A stretch of DNA of 64,000 nucleotides from Camelus ferus (lineage: Eukaryota), in assembly GCF_009834535.1 (NCBI RefSeq), contig NC_045696.1, positions 56,918,001 to 56,982,000 on the forward strand. The letters are read 5' to 3'. The position numbers and the translations under genes are program-made. Positions 53,163-64,000 of the stretch are shown here, one piece after another. Within the stretch, counting starts at the first letter, position 1. Each line of letters begins with the position of its first letter. Under the pieces are notes generated by a model, which did not search any database, was not told where the DNA came from, and saw only the letters and a list, made by a program, of their open reading frames with translations.

Positions 53163-55141
53163 GTAAGAATGTATGAGTTAAACAATTACTTAATATGTAA
53201 GAAAATTATTTCCTGAGCAAGTTTCAGGTTAACTTTTGAAAGAATTTTTTTTTTCATAATTCTAATAGCTAGAAATAGTATTTGTGCTTGGTTTTATAAT
53301 CGTTTATTTTCATAGAAAGTTCATAATTGATACAGAATCAGTCATCTAATGGGGAACGCCTAACATTCTTGTTCTCCTTGCTGTAAATCAGGACTTCAGC
53401 AATGATGTGTTCTTTTCCTTAGGCTAGGGTGCTGAAAACCCAGACTTAAAATTTAAAAGTCAAGTAAATACTAAATGTATTTCTACACCTTTTGATCATG
53501 GCAGTTATTTCCTATACTTCTACCCTTTTGTTATTTTTTTACCTTGAAATATTTTTTTACCTTGAAAAAGTACTGAGACAAAAGTTTTAGACATACAGAA
53601 ATGTTGGTACTAACTGTTGAGCAACACTACATATCCAAGGTTAATGTTTTTAAAGATGGTAAATTGATCAGAATTCAAATTCTCCCACTTTATAATGATA
53701 TAATAATCAGAAAAAGAAAATTATATGAATGAATATGGAAAATTTTATTAGATTTTATTTGTAACAAGCTGTACCAAATTTTAGTGTTTCTAATGTTAGT
53801 TTCAACCAGACCTAGAATATAACAGACATCTACGTAACTGATAATCTACCTCGAGATGGAGTAAAATTTGTATTTTATTATCTCTGTTAATTATCTTAAT
53901 TATAAAATGATCTGATATTTGTTTATTATTTGGGAAATAGTCAAACTCTTTGCAGTGAATGAGATGGGCTTCACAGGAAAATTTGATGTTAATGAATGAA
54001 AAGAAACCCCTGAGAAGTAAATTTACACAGATTAGCAAGTACTATTCAAACTGAGGTAGGTGAATAATAGAGACAGGCAGTCACTGCTGAGAGCTCAAGA
54101 AAGTGCTCGTTTTATTTTAATTTTGTTGAATGGTAATAGTTCATAAGGAATCATCACTTTATGGGCAGAGCTTAATGAAGTAAACCAGTTTTTATAGTTT
54201 TGGTGAGAAAAAGGATAGCACCTATATGGACAGTCTTTCTTTTTCTACCTGAAGCTTTTTCTTTTTCTTCTTATATGCATACTATACTATTAAAATCATT
54301 AATCTTCAGTATTCTGAGTAGTATTCATGACTATCATGTCCACAGTATTTTGGGATTCAGCATCAATGGAAGTTTTTATTATATCCAGTATTTTTTGAGA
54401 GGAGGAAATTTATATTTTAGGTATTTACTAAAACCAGATAGGACTTCTTTCTTTAGATTAGATCTAATTTTGGTTATTTTATCTTAAATTTTAAAATAAG
54501 TAATTTAGCAGAAATTTCAGGATATTGAAAAACTTAAAGATCAGTCAAGAATTGTCATACTGTTCCTTATATCTTTACCACTAAAAATATTACTTACTCA
54601 GATATTACCATATTGATTTTATCTCTCTCTGCTTGCAAGATTTTTTTTGTTTGTCAATGTTTTGAGTAGATCCAGCCCTACACTTCTGTGTAGATGTACA
54701 GAATGAGTTTTTTCCCTTTCATAATTGGAATGTTGAAGGAAATATTCTGGCCTTTTTTATGGCCATTTTGGGGAGAAGAAATGATTGATGGTAATGATTT
54801 CCAATTATAATTTTATTATATCAATTGGGGTGGATTTAACTGGTAGCAACATAAAAGTGTAAGCTGACAGATTTCAGACAAATTTAAATCTTAGGAACTT
54901 TGCAGGAATTTCCTATTTTAATGCTTACAAAAATGTGATATTTATCTTTTTGAGAAAGATAAATTCATTATCTTAATTTGAGAATAATCATTAAATATCA
55001 CAATTTATTATGGAGGAGAAAATATCTTTAAATGTATGGTGAATGTGAGGCTTAAGTAAATAAAGAAGCAATAACCAAGCGTCTTTGGGAACTCTAAGCC
55101 CTGTTAAATCAGCCATTTAACTATATAAATTTCTACATACC

Positions 55142-55292
55142 TGTTGAATGAAAGAAAGATGCACAATGTGAGAGTTGTGAGTTAAGTTTTATTGAGGGTC
55201 TTACTAAGGACTATAGCCTGGAAGATAGCCTATCAGATAGCTCTGAGGAACTTCTCTGAAGAAGTAGGGGAGGAACGAAAAAAAAAAAAAAA

Positions 55293-55326
<34 letters not shown>

Positions 55327-55637
55327 TTTTTTTTTTTTGGCCTTGGAAATATATGAAGTCAAGCATTAAAGATTACTGCTAATCACAAAGAACAGACATC
55401 TGAAGTTAATGATTTTAGTGCTTTTCTATGTGTGGGAAGATGTAAGAATCTGGGGTCATTGAAATTCTTCCTTAGATATGCATTTTAACTGTCTAGGGGC
55501 TATACAGTCATAACACAGAATGCTTCATCCTATGTTTTTCTGTCCTGAATTACGCTCTGGGTATACTGTCAGTGGGTGCCTGCATTGGATTGCAATTAAT
55601 CCCTGTAGAACTAGAATGGCAACAGTCTTTGTTTACA
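55142..55637 (-). mobile_element. Solo ERV1-type LTR (MER41-like)
   Basis: TG...CA termini, AATAAA on the minus strand (ttttatt ~55186), internal A/(CA)/(TA)/T microsatellite. Family assignment is from memory of ungulate MER41-like LTRs. TSD not resolved. Confidence 0.65.
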
Positions 55638-57694
55638 TATACTTATGCTTATGACATATACATATATGCATATTTAGTTTATAAATTTTAGGGATTTTTT
55701 AAAATTATGGTACCTTCAGTCTTTAGTCTTACAATTTTTGAAGGCAACAACCATGCTTAGATTGTTGAGGAATAGTTTTAGATATTCCAGCTGCTTTTAG
55801 TGGTTGAACCTTGGAATCCTCTCACATCTGACTTTATAAACCTAAATATGGAAGGAAAACTGCTTTGATTTTTGTGATGCATGACCTGAAAAATGAATAA
55901 AGTCAAACATTCACATTTTAGGCATATTAACAACCCATACTATCACTGATCATAAATTATATAATGTTGGAGGAAGCATAGAGTTGTTTTATATGGTTTT
56001 CAAGTAAAATTCAACAGTTAGGCTATGATATGCAGATCATAAATTATTTGTACTTATTATATTAGAGTTTATTTATTCTATCTCTGATGTTCTGCTAATT
56101 AATATTATCAGACTACTTCTAAGGAATATTAGCTAAACTACCAGGAAGAAATTTTTGTTAAGAACTCTATAATTTATGCATTCTCTAGCAAACTTGGTCC
56201 ATCAGAGTTGGCTTTTGGTGACACAATTTATAAACTAAATTTAAAATGCTTTATTGCTTTATAAAGATAATTTGAATGATTTTTCTTTTAAAATTTTCTT
56301 AAGTAATTAACACGTTTGCCTGGTTTGACATTTAAAACATAAAAGTTGTATGTATAGTGAAGGATCTTTCTTCCACTCCTGTCCCCTAGATACTTAGTCC
56401 CTATCATCAGAGGCAAGCAGTGTTATTAATTTCTTCCATCTTTCCAGAGATTCATTTTGTATACATATAAGCAAATATTATATGTAACATATTTTCTTCC
56501 TTATTTATTTATAGGCAAATATGAAAATATCATATATTTCTGTTACACAAATTGTAGTATGTTATACAGTTTTGTATCTTGCTTTTTTCTCTTTATATAT
56601 ATTCTTAAGATCATTCCTTATCAGTACATAGAAAGCTTCCTTATTCTTTTTTTTGGTGTCTCTGCAAATATTGCTGAATTATCAAGAACTGTAAATATTG
56701 TGTATGCCTTAAAATAAATTTACGTCATCTAGAAAACACACAAATCAAGAAACAGAAACTTACTAAAACCACAGAAACTCCCTGTGTTACCTTCCAGTCA
56801 CAACCTAACCCCCAAGGTTTAACACAATCTGACTTCAAACACTAAAGATTAATTTTGCCTGTTGTTTTTGACAATTATAGAAATGGAATTGTACAGATAT
56901 ACTTGTTTGTATTTGGCTTCTTTTGCTCAACATTATGTTTGTAAGTTTCAACCATATTGCATGTAGCCTTAGTTTATTATTTTCATCATTATGTAGTATT
57001 TAATTTAATGAATATTCTTTGATTAACCATTCTACTTCAATCATCCTGTTAACTTTTGTATTTCCATTTAAATTTTAGAAATAGCTTGTCAAATTCCACA
57101 AACACACTTGCTGAAATTTTGTTTAGAAATATCTTGAATGTGTAGATCAGTTTGGGGAGAAAAGACATTCCCCGTAATGACTGGGAGTGGCAATACTGAT
57201 TAATTGTCATTAACAATGATGACATTAACTCATTGTATGAATCATAAACAGTCAGAGAATTGAACATGGTATATTTATATCCTACTACTTACTTAGGTCT
57301 TCTTTGATTTTTCTAAATAACATTTATAGTTTCCTTTGTAGAGGTCTTTTACATTTTTGTTACATTTGATCAAAAATATTTGATAATTTAAGATGCTATT
57401 ATACATTGTTCATAATGATGATGTATCATTCTCTATATTATTTTTGTTGGAATATGGAAATATAATTTATCTTTGCATGTTGACTTTGTATCCAATGACT
57501 TTGCTTAAATTCAATTAATAATTCAAATAGTTTATTGTAGATTCCTATGTACACAATCCTCCCATCTTCAAATGATAGTTTTATTTTCTTCTTTATACTC
57601 TTATATATATATACACAATACTAATATATATACTAATTTATATATAATATATATATACTAATTTCTTTTTATTATTGTATTGGGGTTAAGACTG

Positions 57695-58250
57695 TGTATT
57701 ACTTATTTATTGCTGTGTGACAGTATTACCACAAACTCAGTGGCTTAAAACAATACACTTTTCTTATCTCAGAGTTTGTGTTTCTTACCTCATTCAGGAG
57801 ACTTAGCTTAGATGAGTTTCTATTTTAGGATCTCACAAACTGCAATTAAGATAGCTGCCAGGGCAGTAGCTTTATCTGAGGCTTGATTGAGAAAGGATCC
57901 ATTTTCAAAATTATTTGGTTGTTGCTGTTGGACTGAGGGGCTTAGTTTTTGCTGACTGTTGAACAGAAGCTATCCTCAGTTGCTTGCCATATGGCCGTCT
58001 CCATAGGCCAGCTCACAATGTAGCAGCTTTCTTCTTCAGAGCCAATAAGGGAGAGAGTCTCCTCACAAGATGAATGTGACAATCATATGTAATTTAGTCA
58101 TGGAAGTGACATCTCATGACCCTTGCCATTTTCTTTTGGTTAAAAGCAAATCATAGGTCCTGTGCACACTGAAGGGGAAGGGGATTATGCAAAGGTAAGG
58201 GCATCAGGAGATGGCGATCATGGGGACTACCGTGGAATCTGTCCACTATA
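57695..58250 (-). mobile_element. MLT1 (MaLR) solo LTR
   Basis: tgtatta...ttgctgtgtgaca..ttaccacaaactcagtggcttaaaacaa start, 5-bp TSD-like gactg/gactt. Confidence 0.8.
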
Positions 58251-58565
58251 GACTTCCAGTATAATATTGAATAAAAAGGTCAAGGACAATGCTTTTCTTG
58301 TCTACTTACTGATCTTAGGGAGAATATTTTTATTATTTCACCTTTAAGTACATGTTTACTGTAAGTTTTTAAAATAGATCTATTTTATTAGTTTCAGGAA
58401 GCTTCTTTTGCTTCTAATTTGTTATAAGCATATATATTTTAAAATTGTGAATGGATGTTGGCTTTTATCACATAGTTCTTGTGAATCTATTGTGATGATC
58501 ATATGATTTTTTCCCTTTTTTATCTATTAGTGTGGTAAATGACATCAATTGATCTTTGAATGTTA

Positions 58566-58692
58566 TCTTTTTCTTTTTTTGTGGGGGGTGGTAATTAGGT
58601 TTATTTGTTTTTAGGGGAGGCCTTGGGGATTGAACCCAGGTCCTTGTGCATGCTAAGCATGCACTCTACCACTTGAGCTGTGCCTTCCCACT
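58566..58692 (-). mobile_element. tRNA-derived SINE (Vic-1-like)
   Basis: Minus strand reads AGCTCAAGTGGTAGAG (A box)...GGTTCAATCC (B box). TSD tttgaatgtta at 58555-58565 and 58693-58703. Confidence 0.85.
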
Positions 58693-59205
58693 TTTGAATG
58701 TTAAATGACGCTTGTATTCCCAGAATAAATACAACTTTAGTGATGTAGTAGCATTACTATATATGCTGAATTTGCTAATATTTTGCTTAAGTTGTTTAAG
58801 AGTTTTTTCTAAATCTATGTTAACAAGCGTTTAGAATGTAAATTTCCTTTCTTTTGAATTCCCTGTTAGGTTCTCATGTTGTAGTTATTTTGACCTTATA
58901 AAATGGAATCTTTCCTCTTTTCTAAACCCTACAAGTACTTGTGGAAGATTGGTGTCATTTCTTTCTTAAAATTTGAAAAAAAATCACAAATAAAGCAATC
59001 TGGGCCTGGGTTTTTCTCTGGGGGAAGATTTTAAATTGCATATTCAATTTTCTTAATAGGTTTAGGAATATTCAGATATTCTGTTTTTCCTGGAGTCAGT
59101 TTTGATAACTTGTGTTTTTAAAGAAATTTATCCTGTTCATCAAAACTTTTAAATTTATTGGCCTTAACAGTAGCATCTGTAGTAATTTCCTGTTTTTCAT
59201 TCTTT

Positions 59206-59664
59206 TTCTTCTCTTTTCTCCATCTCACTCTCTTTTTTAATTGAAGTATAGTTGATTTACAATATCATATTAGTTTCAGGTGTACAGCAAAGTGATTCAG
59301 TTATATATATATATATTTAAGATTATTTTCCATTATAGGTTATTACAAGATATTGAATATTGTTCCCTGAGTTATGCAGTAAATACTTGTTGCTTACCTA
59401 TTTTATATATAGTAGTGTCTGTTAATTCATACTCCTAATTTACCTTCCCCATTCCCCCTTTGGTAACTGTAAGTTTGTTTTCTATATCTGTGAGTCTGTT
59501 TCTGTTTTGTAAATAGATTCATTTGTATTATTTTTTATATTTCACATATAAGTGATATAATATTTATCTTTGTCTGACTTACATCATTTAGTATATTCTC
59601 TAGGTCCATCCATGTTGCTGCAGATGGCAATATTTCATTCTTTTTTATGGCTGTTTAATAATCC

Positions 59665-59717
<53 letters not shown>

Positions 59718-60145
59718 ATATATACTTTATAGATGGCCAACAGGCACATGAAAAGATGCTCACATCACTAATAATCAGAGACATGAAGGTCAAAACTACA
59801 GTGAGGTATCACCTCATACCAGTCAGACTGATTATCATCAAGAAGTCTACAAATACTGAATGCTGGAGAGGGTGTGGAGAAAAAGGAACCCTCCTATAGT
59901 GTTGGTGGGAATGTAAATCGGCACAACCATTATGGAAGACAGTATGGAATTTCCTTAAAAAACTAAAAATAGAGCTACCATGTGCTTCAGCATTTCTACT
60001 CCTGGGCATATATTCAGAAAAGACAAAAACTCTAATTCTAAAAAATATATACACCCCACTGTTCATAGCAGCACTATTTACAATAGACAAGACATGGATG
60101 CAGCCTAAGTGTCCATCAACAGATGAATGGATAAAGAAGATCTGG
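59206..60145 (-). mobile_element. Short L1 with 5' inversion (minus 59206-59726, plus 59729-60145)
   Basis: TSD ttttcattcttt at 59194-59205 and 60146-60157. The two parts are contiguous in L1 coordinates. Confidence 0.88.
59667..59710. repeat. (TG)n microsatellite
   Basis: About 22 pure TG units. Confidence 0.95.
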
Positions 60146-62627
60146 TTTTCATTCTTTATATTGGTGATTTTAAGTTATCTTTTTTCATGATCAATCTTCT
60201 GGGAATTTATCATTTTTATCATTTTGATAGATTTGTTGAGTTCTTCAGTTGAACAATATATATCATTCTAGTTCATTGATTTCTACTCTTTGCTACTTTT
60301 ATTGGGTGTGATTAACTGTCCTTTAACTAGATTCTGGAGATGGAAACCTGATTTGTGTAACTGATTTAATATGTCCTCTGTTATGACAAATGAATTTAAC
60401 GATAAAATTTTTCCTCTAAATAATAGTTTTAGCTGATTTGCAGATTTTAGGTATGTCTTGTCTTTATTAATGTGAAACTAAAATCTTTTACAAATTCTCT
60501 ATGATTTCTTGTGTTATTTATTAATGACTTAATTTCTAAGCAGTTGGAGGTTTTCTGTTTTTCTTTTTTTATTGTAAGTAAACAAATAATACTGTGGAGA
60601 GATTGTTGTCTATATGATTTCAGTTCCTTTGGCATTTGTTGACTTGTGTTATGGTTTCAAATAGGAATGCTTCTGGTAAATGTGCACAAACTGTACTTTT
60701 ACTCATCTGTTGTTGGGTTCTTGTTCTATATATGTAAATTAGAACAGGTTTGTTAATTGTGTTGTTTGGATTTTTAATTATTAATGATTTCTACGTGGTA
60801 TAGAGAGGAGTGTTAAATTCTACTATGATTATAGATTTTACTGTTTCTCTTTTTAATATTAACAATTTATATGTTTTGAAGCTAAATTGTTGGATGCATA
60901 CAGATTTATAATTGTCCTATCTTCCATATATATTTATTCCTTTATCAATATGAAATATCCCTATTCTCTTTAGTAATATGTCTTGTCTTAGAATATACAT
61001 TGTTGATATTTATATAGCTATACCAGCTTTCTTAAGTTAGTGTTTGCATGGTATGTATTTTCTCACTATTTTACTGTGTCTCTATGTTCTTTTCTATAAA
61101 CATATAATTTAAAAAATTAGTCTGACAATCTGGGTCTTGTACTAGGTATATTTACATTTAATATAATTTCTCATGTATCTTGGTTTATATCTGCTATCAT
61201 ATTGTTTTTTGTTTCACTCTAATTTTTATGTTTCTTTTTAATTTTCCTTACTTTCTTTTGACTTAAACTTTTTATTGTCCTTTTCTCCCTATATGAAGCC
61301 TATATATATATTTTTTTCACTCTTGTTTAAGGGCTAAACTTAGAGATTTCAACATAGAACCTTCACTTATTTCAGTCTGAAACAGTATTTCCTATACATT
61401 TCTTTGATAATGACAGTAACTTAAACTTTACCTCCATTTACCATCCCCCTTGCCTTTTGAATATTTGACATTGTATTTTATTTCTAGATTCACTTTAAAC
61501 TCTATAATGCATTACTAATATAGTTTCTAATATACTAATAGAGAAAGAATGTCAATATTCAGTTTATATTGATGTATTTTACCACTATATATTTATTCTT
61601 TCTTTTGATCCTTATCTCCTCCTATAATTCTGTTTGGATTCATTTTCTTCTTCCTGAAGAATATTCTTTATTCTTTATTTTACTTCAGGTTTGTTATGAT
61701 GCATTCACTCAGGTTTTGTTTGTCATTATTTCACTTTTTAGAAAACTTTACTTTGGAATAATTGTATATTTGCAGGAATTTGGAAAATAGTACAGAGAGG
61801 TTCTGTGTCCCCTTCACTTAGTTTCCCCCAATTATTATATCTTGTATAACTATAGTACAGTATTAACTAGGAGATTGACATTATACAACCCACAGTTTCA
61901 GATTTCCCCAACTATTTGTTCACTAATTTGTGTGTTTGTGTATGTGTGTGTAGTAGAGTCTGCATAAATTTATGCAATTTTATCACATGTGGATGCTCAT
62001 GTAACCACCACTACAATCAAAATACAATAAGTATTCTATTATCACAGAGATCTTTTTTGTGCTACACCTTTATAGTTACACTCACTCTCATCCGTCCCCA
62101 TCCCATTACTAACCCCTGGAAGTTTTCTGCATGCAGATCTTGTAATATTATGTTAGAATTATATCTATGCATCTCATTGTTTTGGTGCTATTATAGATGG
62201 TATTGTGTTTTCAAATTTAAATTCCAATTGTTTATTTATGTTATAGAGGAAGGCAGTTGACAGCAATTGTCCTGTATCCTGAAACCTTACTAAAATTGTT
62301 TATTAGTTTTAGGAGATTGTTTTTGTCAGTTCTTTGGAATTTTCTACATAGACAATCTTGTCTTCTGTGAACATAGACCTAATTTTTTCCCAAGCTATAT
62401 ATCTTTTATTTCTTTTTAATTTTCATGTTACAGTAGCTAGGTCTTCTAATACAGTGTTGAATAGGAGTGGTGAAAAGGGACATCCTTCCCTTGTCTCTGA
62501 TCTTAGGGAACAAGCATCTAGTTTCTCACCATTAAGTGTGATGTTGGTGTAGGATTTTTATAGATATTCTTTATTAAGTATAATTTATGAAGAAGTTCCT
62601 CTCTATTCCTGGTTTACTGAGAGTTTT

Positions 62628-62840
62628 TGTTACTGAGCATAGGCTTGTGTGTCCACAGTGCAGAAAGCCAAACTCTGACAATGAGTGTTCATAGAAGGTA
62701 AAGGTTTATTTGCAGGGTGCCAAGCAAGGAAGTGGGAGACAAGTCTCAGATTCACTCCAACTTGGCTTTTGAGTTAGGATTTTTTCTTTTTAAAGGAGAG
62801 GAATATAGAGGTGGATTAATCATCATCTTATGAACATTTC
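62628..62840 (-). mobile_element. Truncated ERV LTR
   Basis: Starts TGTTAC, has AATAAA on the minus strand (tttatt ~62706), cut off by the following L1. Confidence 0.6.
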
Positions 62841-63949
62841 TTTTTTTTAACATTTTTTATTGATTTATCATAATTTTACAATGTTGTGTCAAATTCCAGT
62901 GTAGAGCACAATTTTTCAGTTATACATGAACATATATATATTCATTGTCATATTTTTTCTCTGTGAGCTACCATAAGATCTTGTATATATTTCCCTGTGC
63001 TATACAGTATAATCTTGTTTATCTATCTACATTTTGAAATCCCAGTATATCCCTTCCCACCCCCTGACCCTGTGGCAACCACAAGTTTGTATTCTATGTC
63101 TATGAGTCTGTTTCTGTTTTGTATTTATGTTTTGGGTTTGTTTTTTTTTTTAGATTCCACATATGAGTGATCTCGTATGGTATTTTTTTTTCTCTTTCTG
63201 GCTTACTTCACTTAGAATGACATTTTCCAGGGACATCCATGTTGCTGCAAATGGTGTTATGTTGTTGGTTTTTATGGCTGAATAGTATTCCATTGTATAA
63301 ATATACCACCTCTTCTTTATCCTGTCATCTGTTGATGGACACTTAGGCTGTTTCCATGACTTGGCTATTGTAAATAGTGCTGCTATGAACATTGGGGTGC
63401 AGGTGTCATTTTGAAGTAGGGTTCCTTCTGGATATCATAAGCCCAGGAGCACGATTCTTGGGTCATATGGTAAGTCTATTCCTAGTCTTTTGAGGAATCT
63501 CCATACTGTTTTCCACAGTGGCTGCACCAAACTGCATTCCCACCAGCAATGCAGGAGGGTTTGCTTTTCTCCACAGCCTCTCCAGCATTTGTCATTTGTG
63601 GACTTTTGAATGATGGCCACTCTGACTGGTGTGAGGTGATACCTCATTGTAGTTTTGATTTGCATTTCTCTGATAATTAGTAATATTTAGCATTTTTTCA
63701 TGTGCCTATTGATCAGTTGCATTTCTTCCTTGGAGAATTGCTTGTTTAGGTCTTGCCCATTTTTGGATTGGGTTGTTTGTTTTTTTCTTATTAAGTCATA
63801 TAAGCTGCTTATATATTCTGGAGATCAAGCCTTTGTCAGTTTCATTTGCAAAAATTTTCTCCCATTCTGTAGGCTGTCTTTTTGTTTTACTTATGGTTTC
63901 CTTTGCTGTGTTGAAGCTTGTAAGTTTCATTAGGTCCTATTTGTTTATT
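62841..63949 (-). mobile_element. 5'-truncated young L1
   Basis: Highly similar to 5745-6850. No TSD found. Confidence 0.92.
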
Positions 63950-64000
63950 ATCATACTTTATTTGGATTTTAATCTCTAAATGTTTGAGGATTTTTCCAGC

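Larger units (their letters stand above)
56280..62628 (-). mobile_element. Cluster of old antisense L1M fragments hosting later insertions
   Basis: Degenerate ORF2 and L1MC/ME-like 3' ends. Boundaries approximate. Confidence 0.65.

Noticed and set aside
58600..58690. Possible tRNA gene
   Set aside because: It has a TSD, a tail and a degenerate acceptor stem, so it is a SINE.

Overview
AT-rich mammalian genomic DNA, probably camelid (inferred from tRNA-derived Vic-1-like SINEs and the young L1 family). The window lies inside STXBP5L (tomosyn-2), + strand. Three short coding exons of the N-terminal WD40 region are present (26773-26870, 49562-49644, 53062-53162). The 22.7 kb intron between the first two is a minor-spliceosome (U12) GT-AG intron, with a perfect U2 donor 65 nt downstream of the U12 donor. 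The middle exon has an apparent 1-bp insertion that creates a premature stop (real loss of function or assembly artefact). The rest is mostly retroelement-derived. A young full-length antisense LINE-1 (5742-12865) has a 15-bp TSD, a CpG-rich 5' UTR, an intact ORF1 and an ORF2 broken by one TGA; a second copy carries the same TGA. There are many nested, truncated and twin-primed L1s, solo LTRs, MIRs, SINEs and microsatellites. Repeat subfamily names and most old-repeat boundaries are approximate because they were read by eye. Almost all other ORFs in the track are repeat-derived noise.
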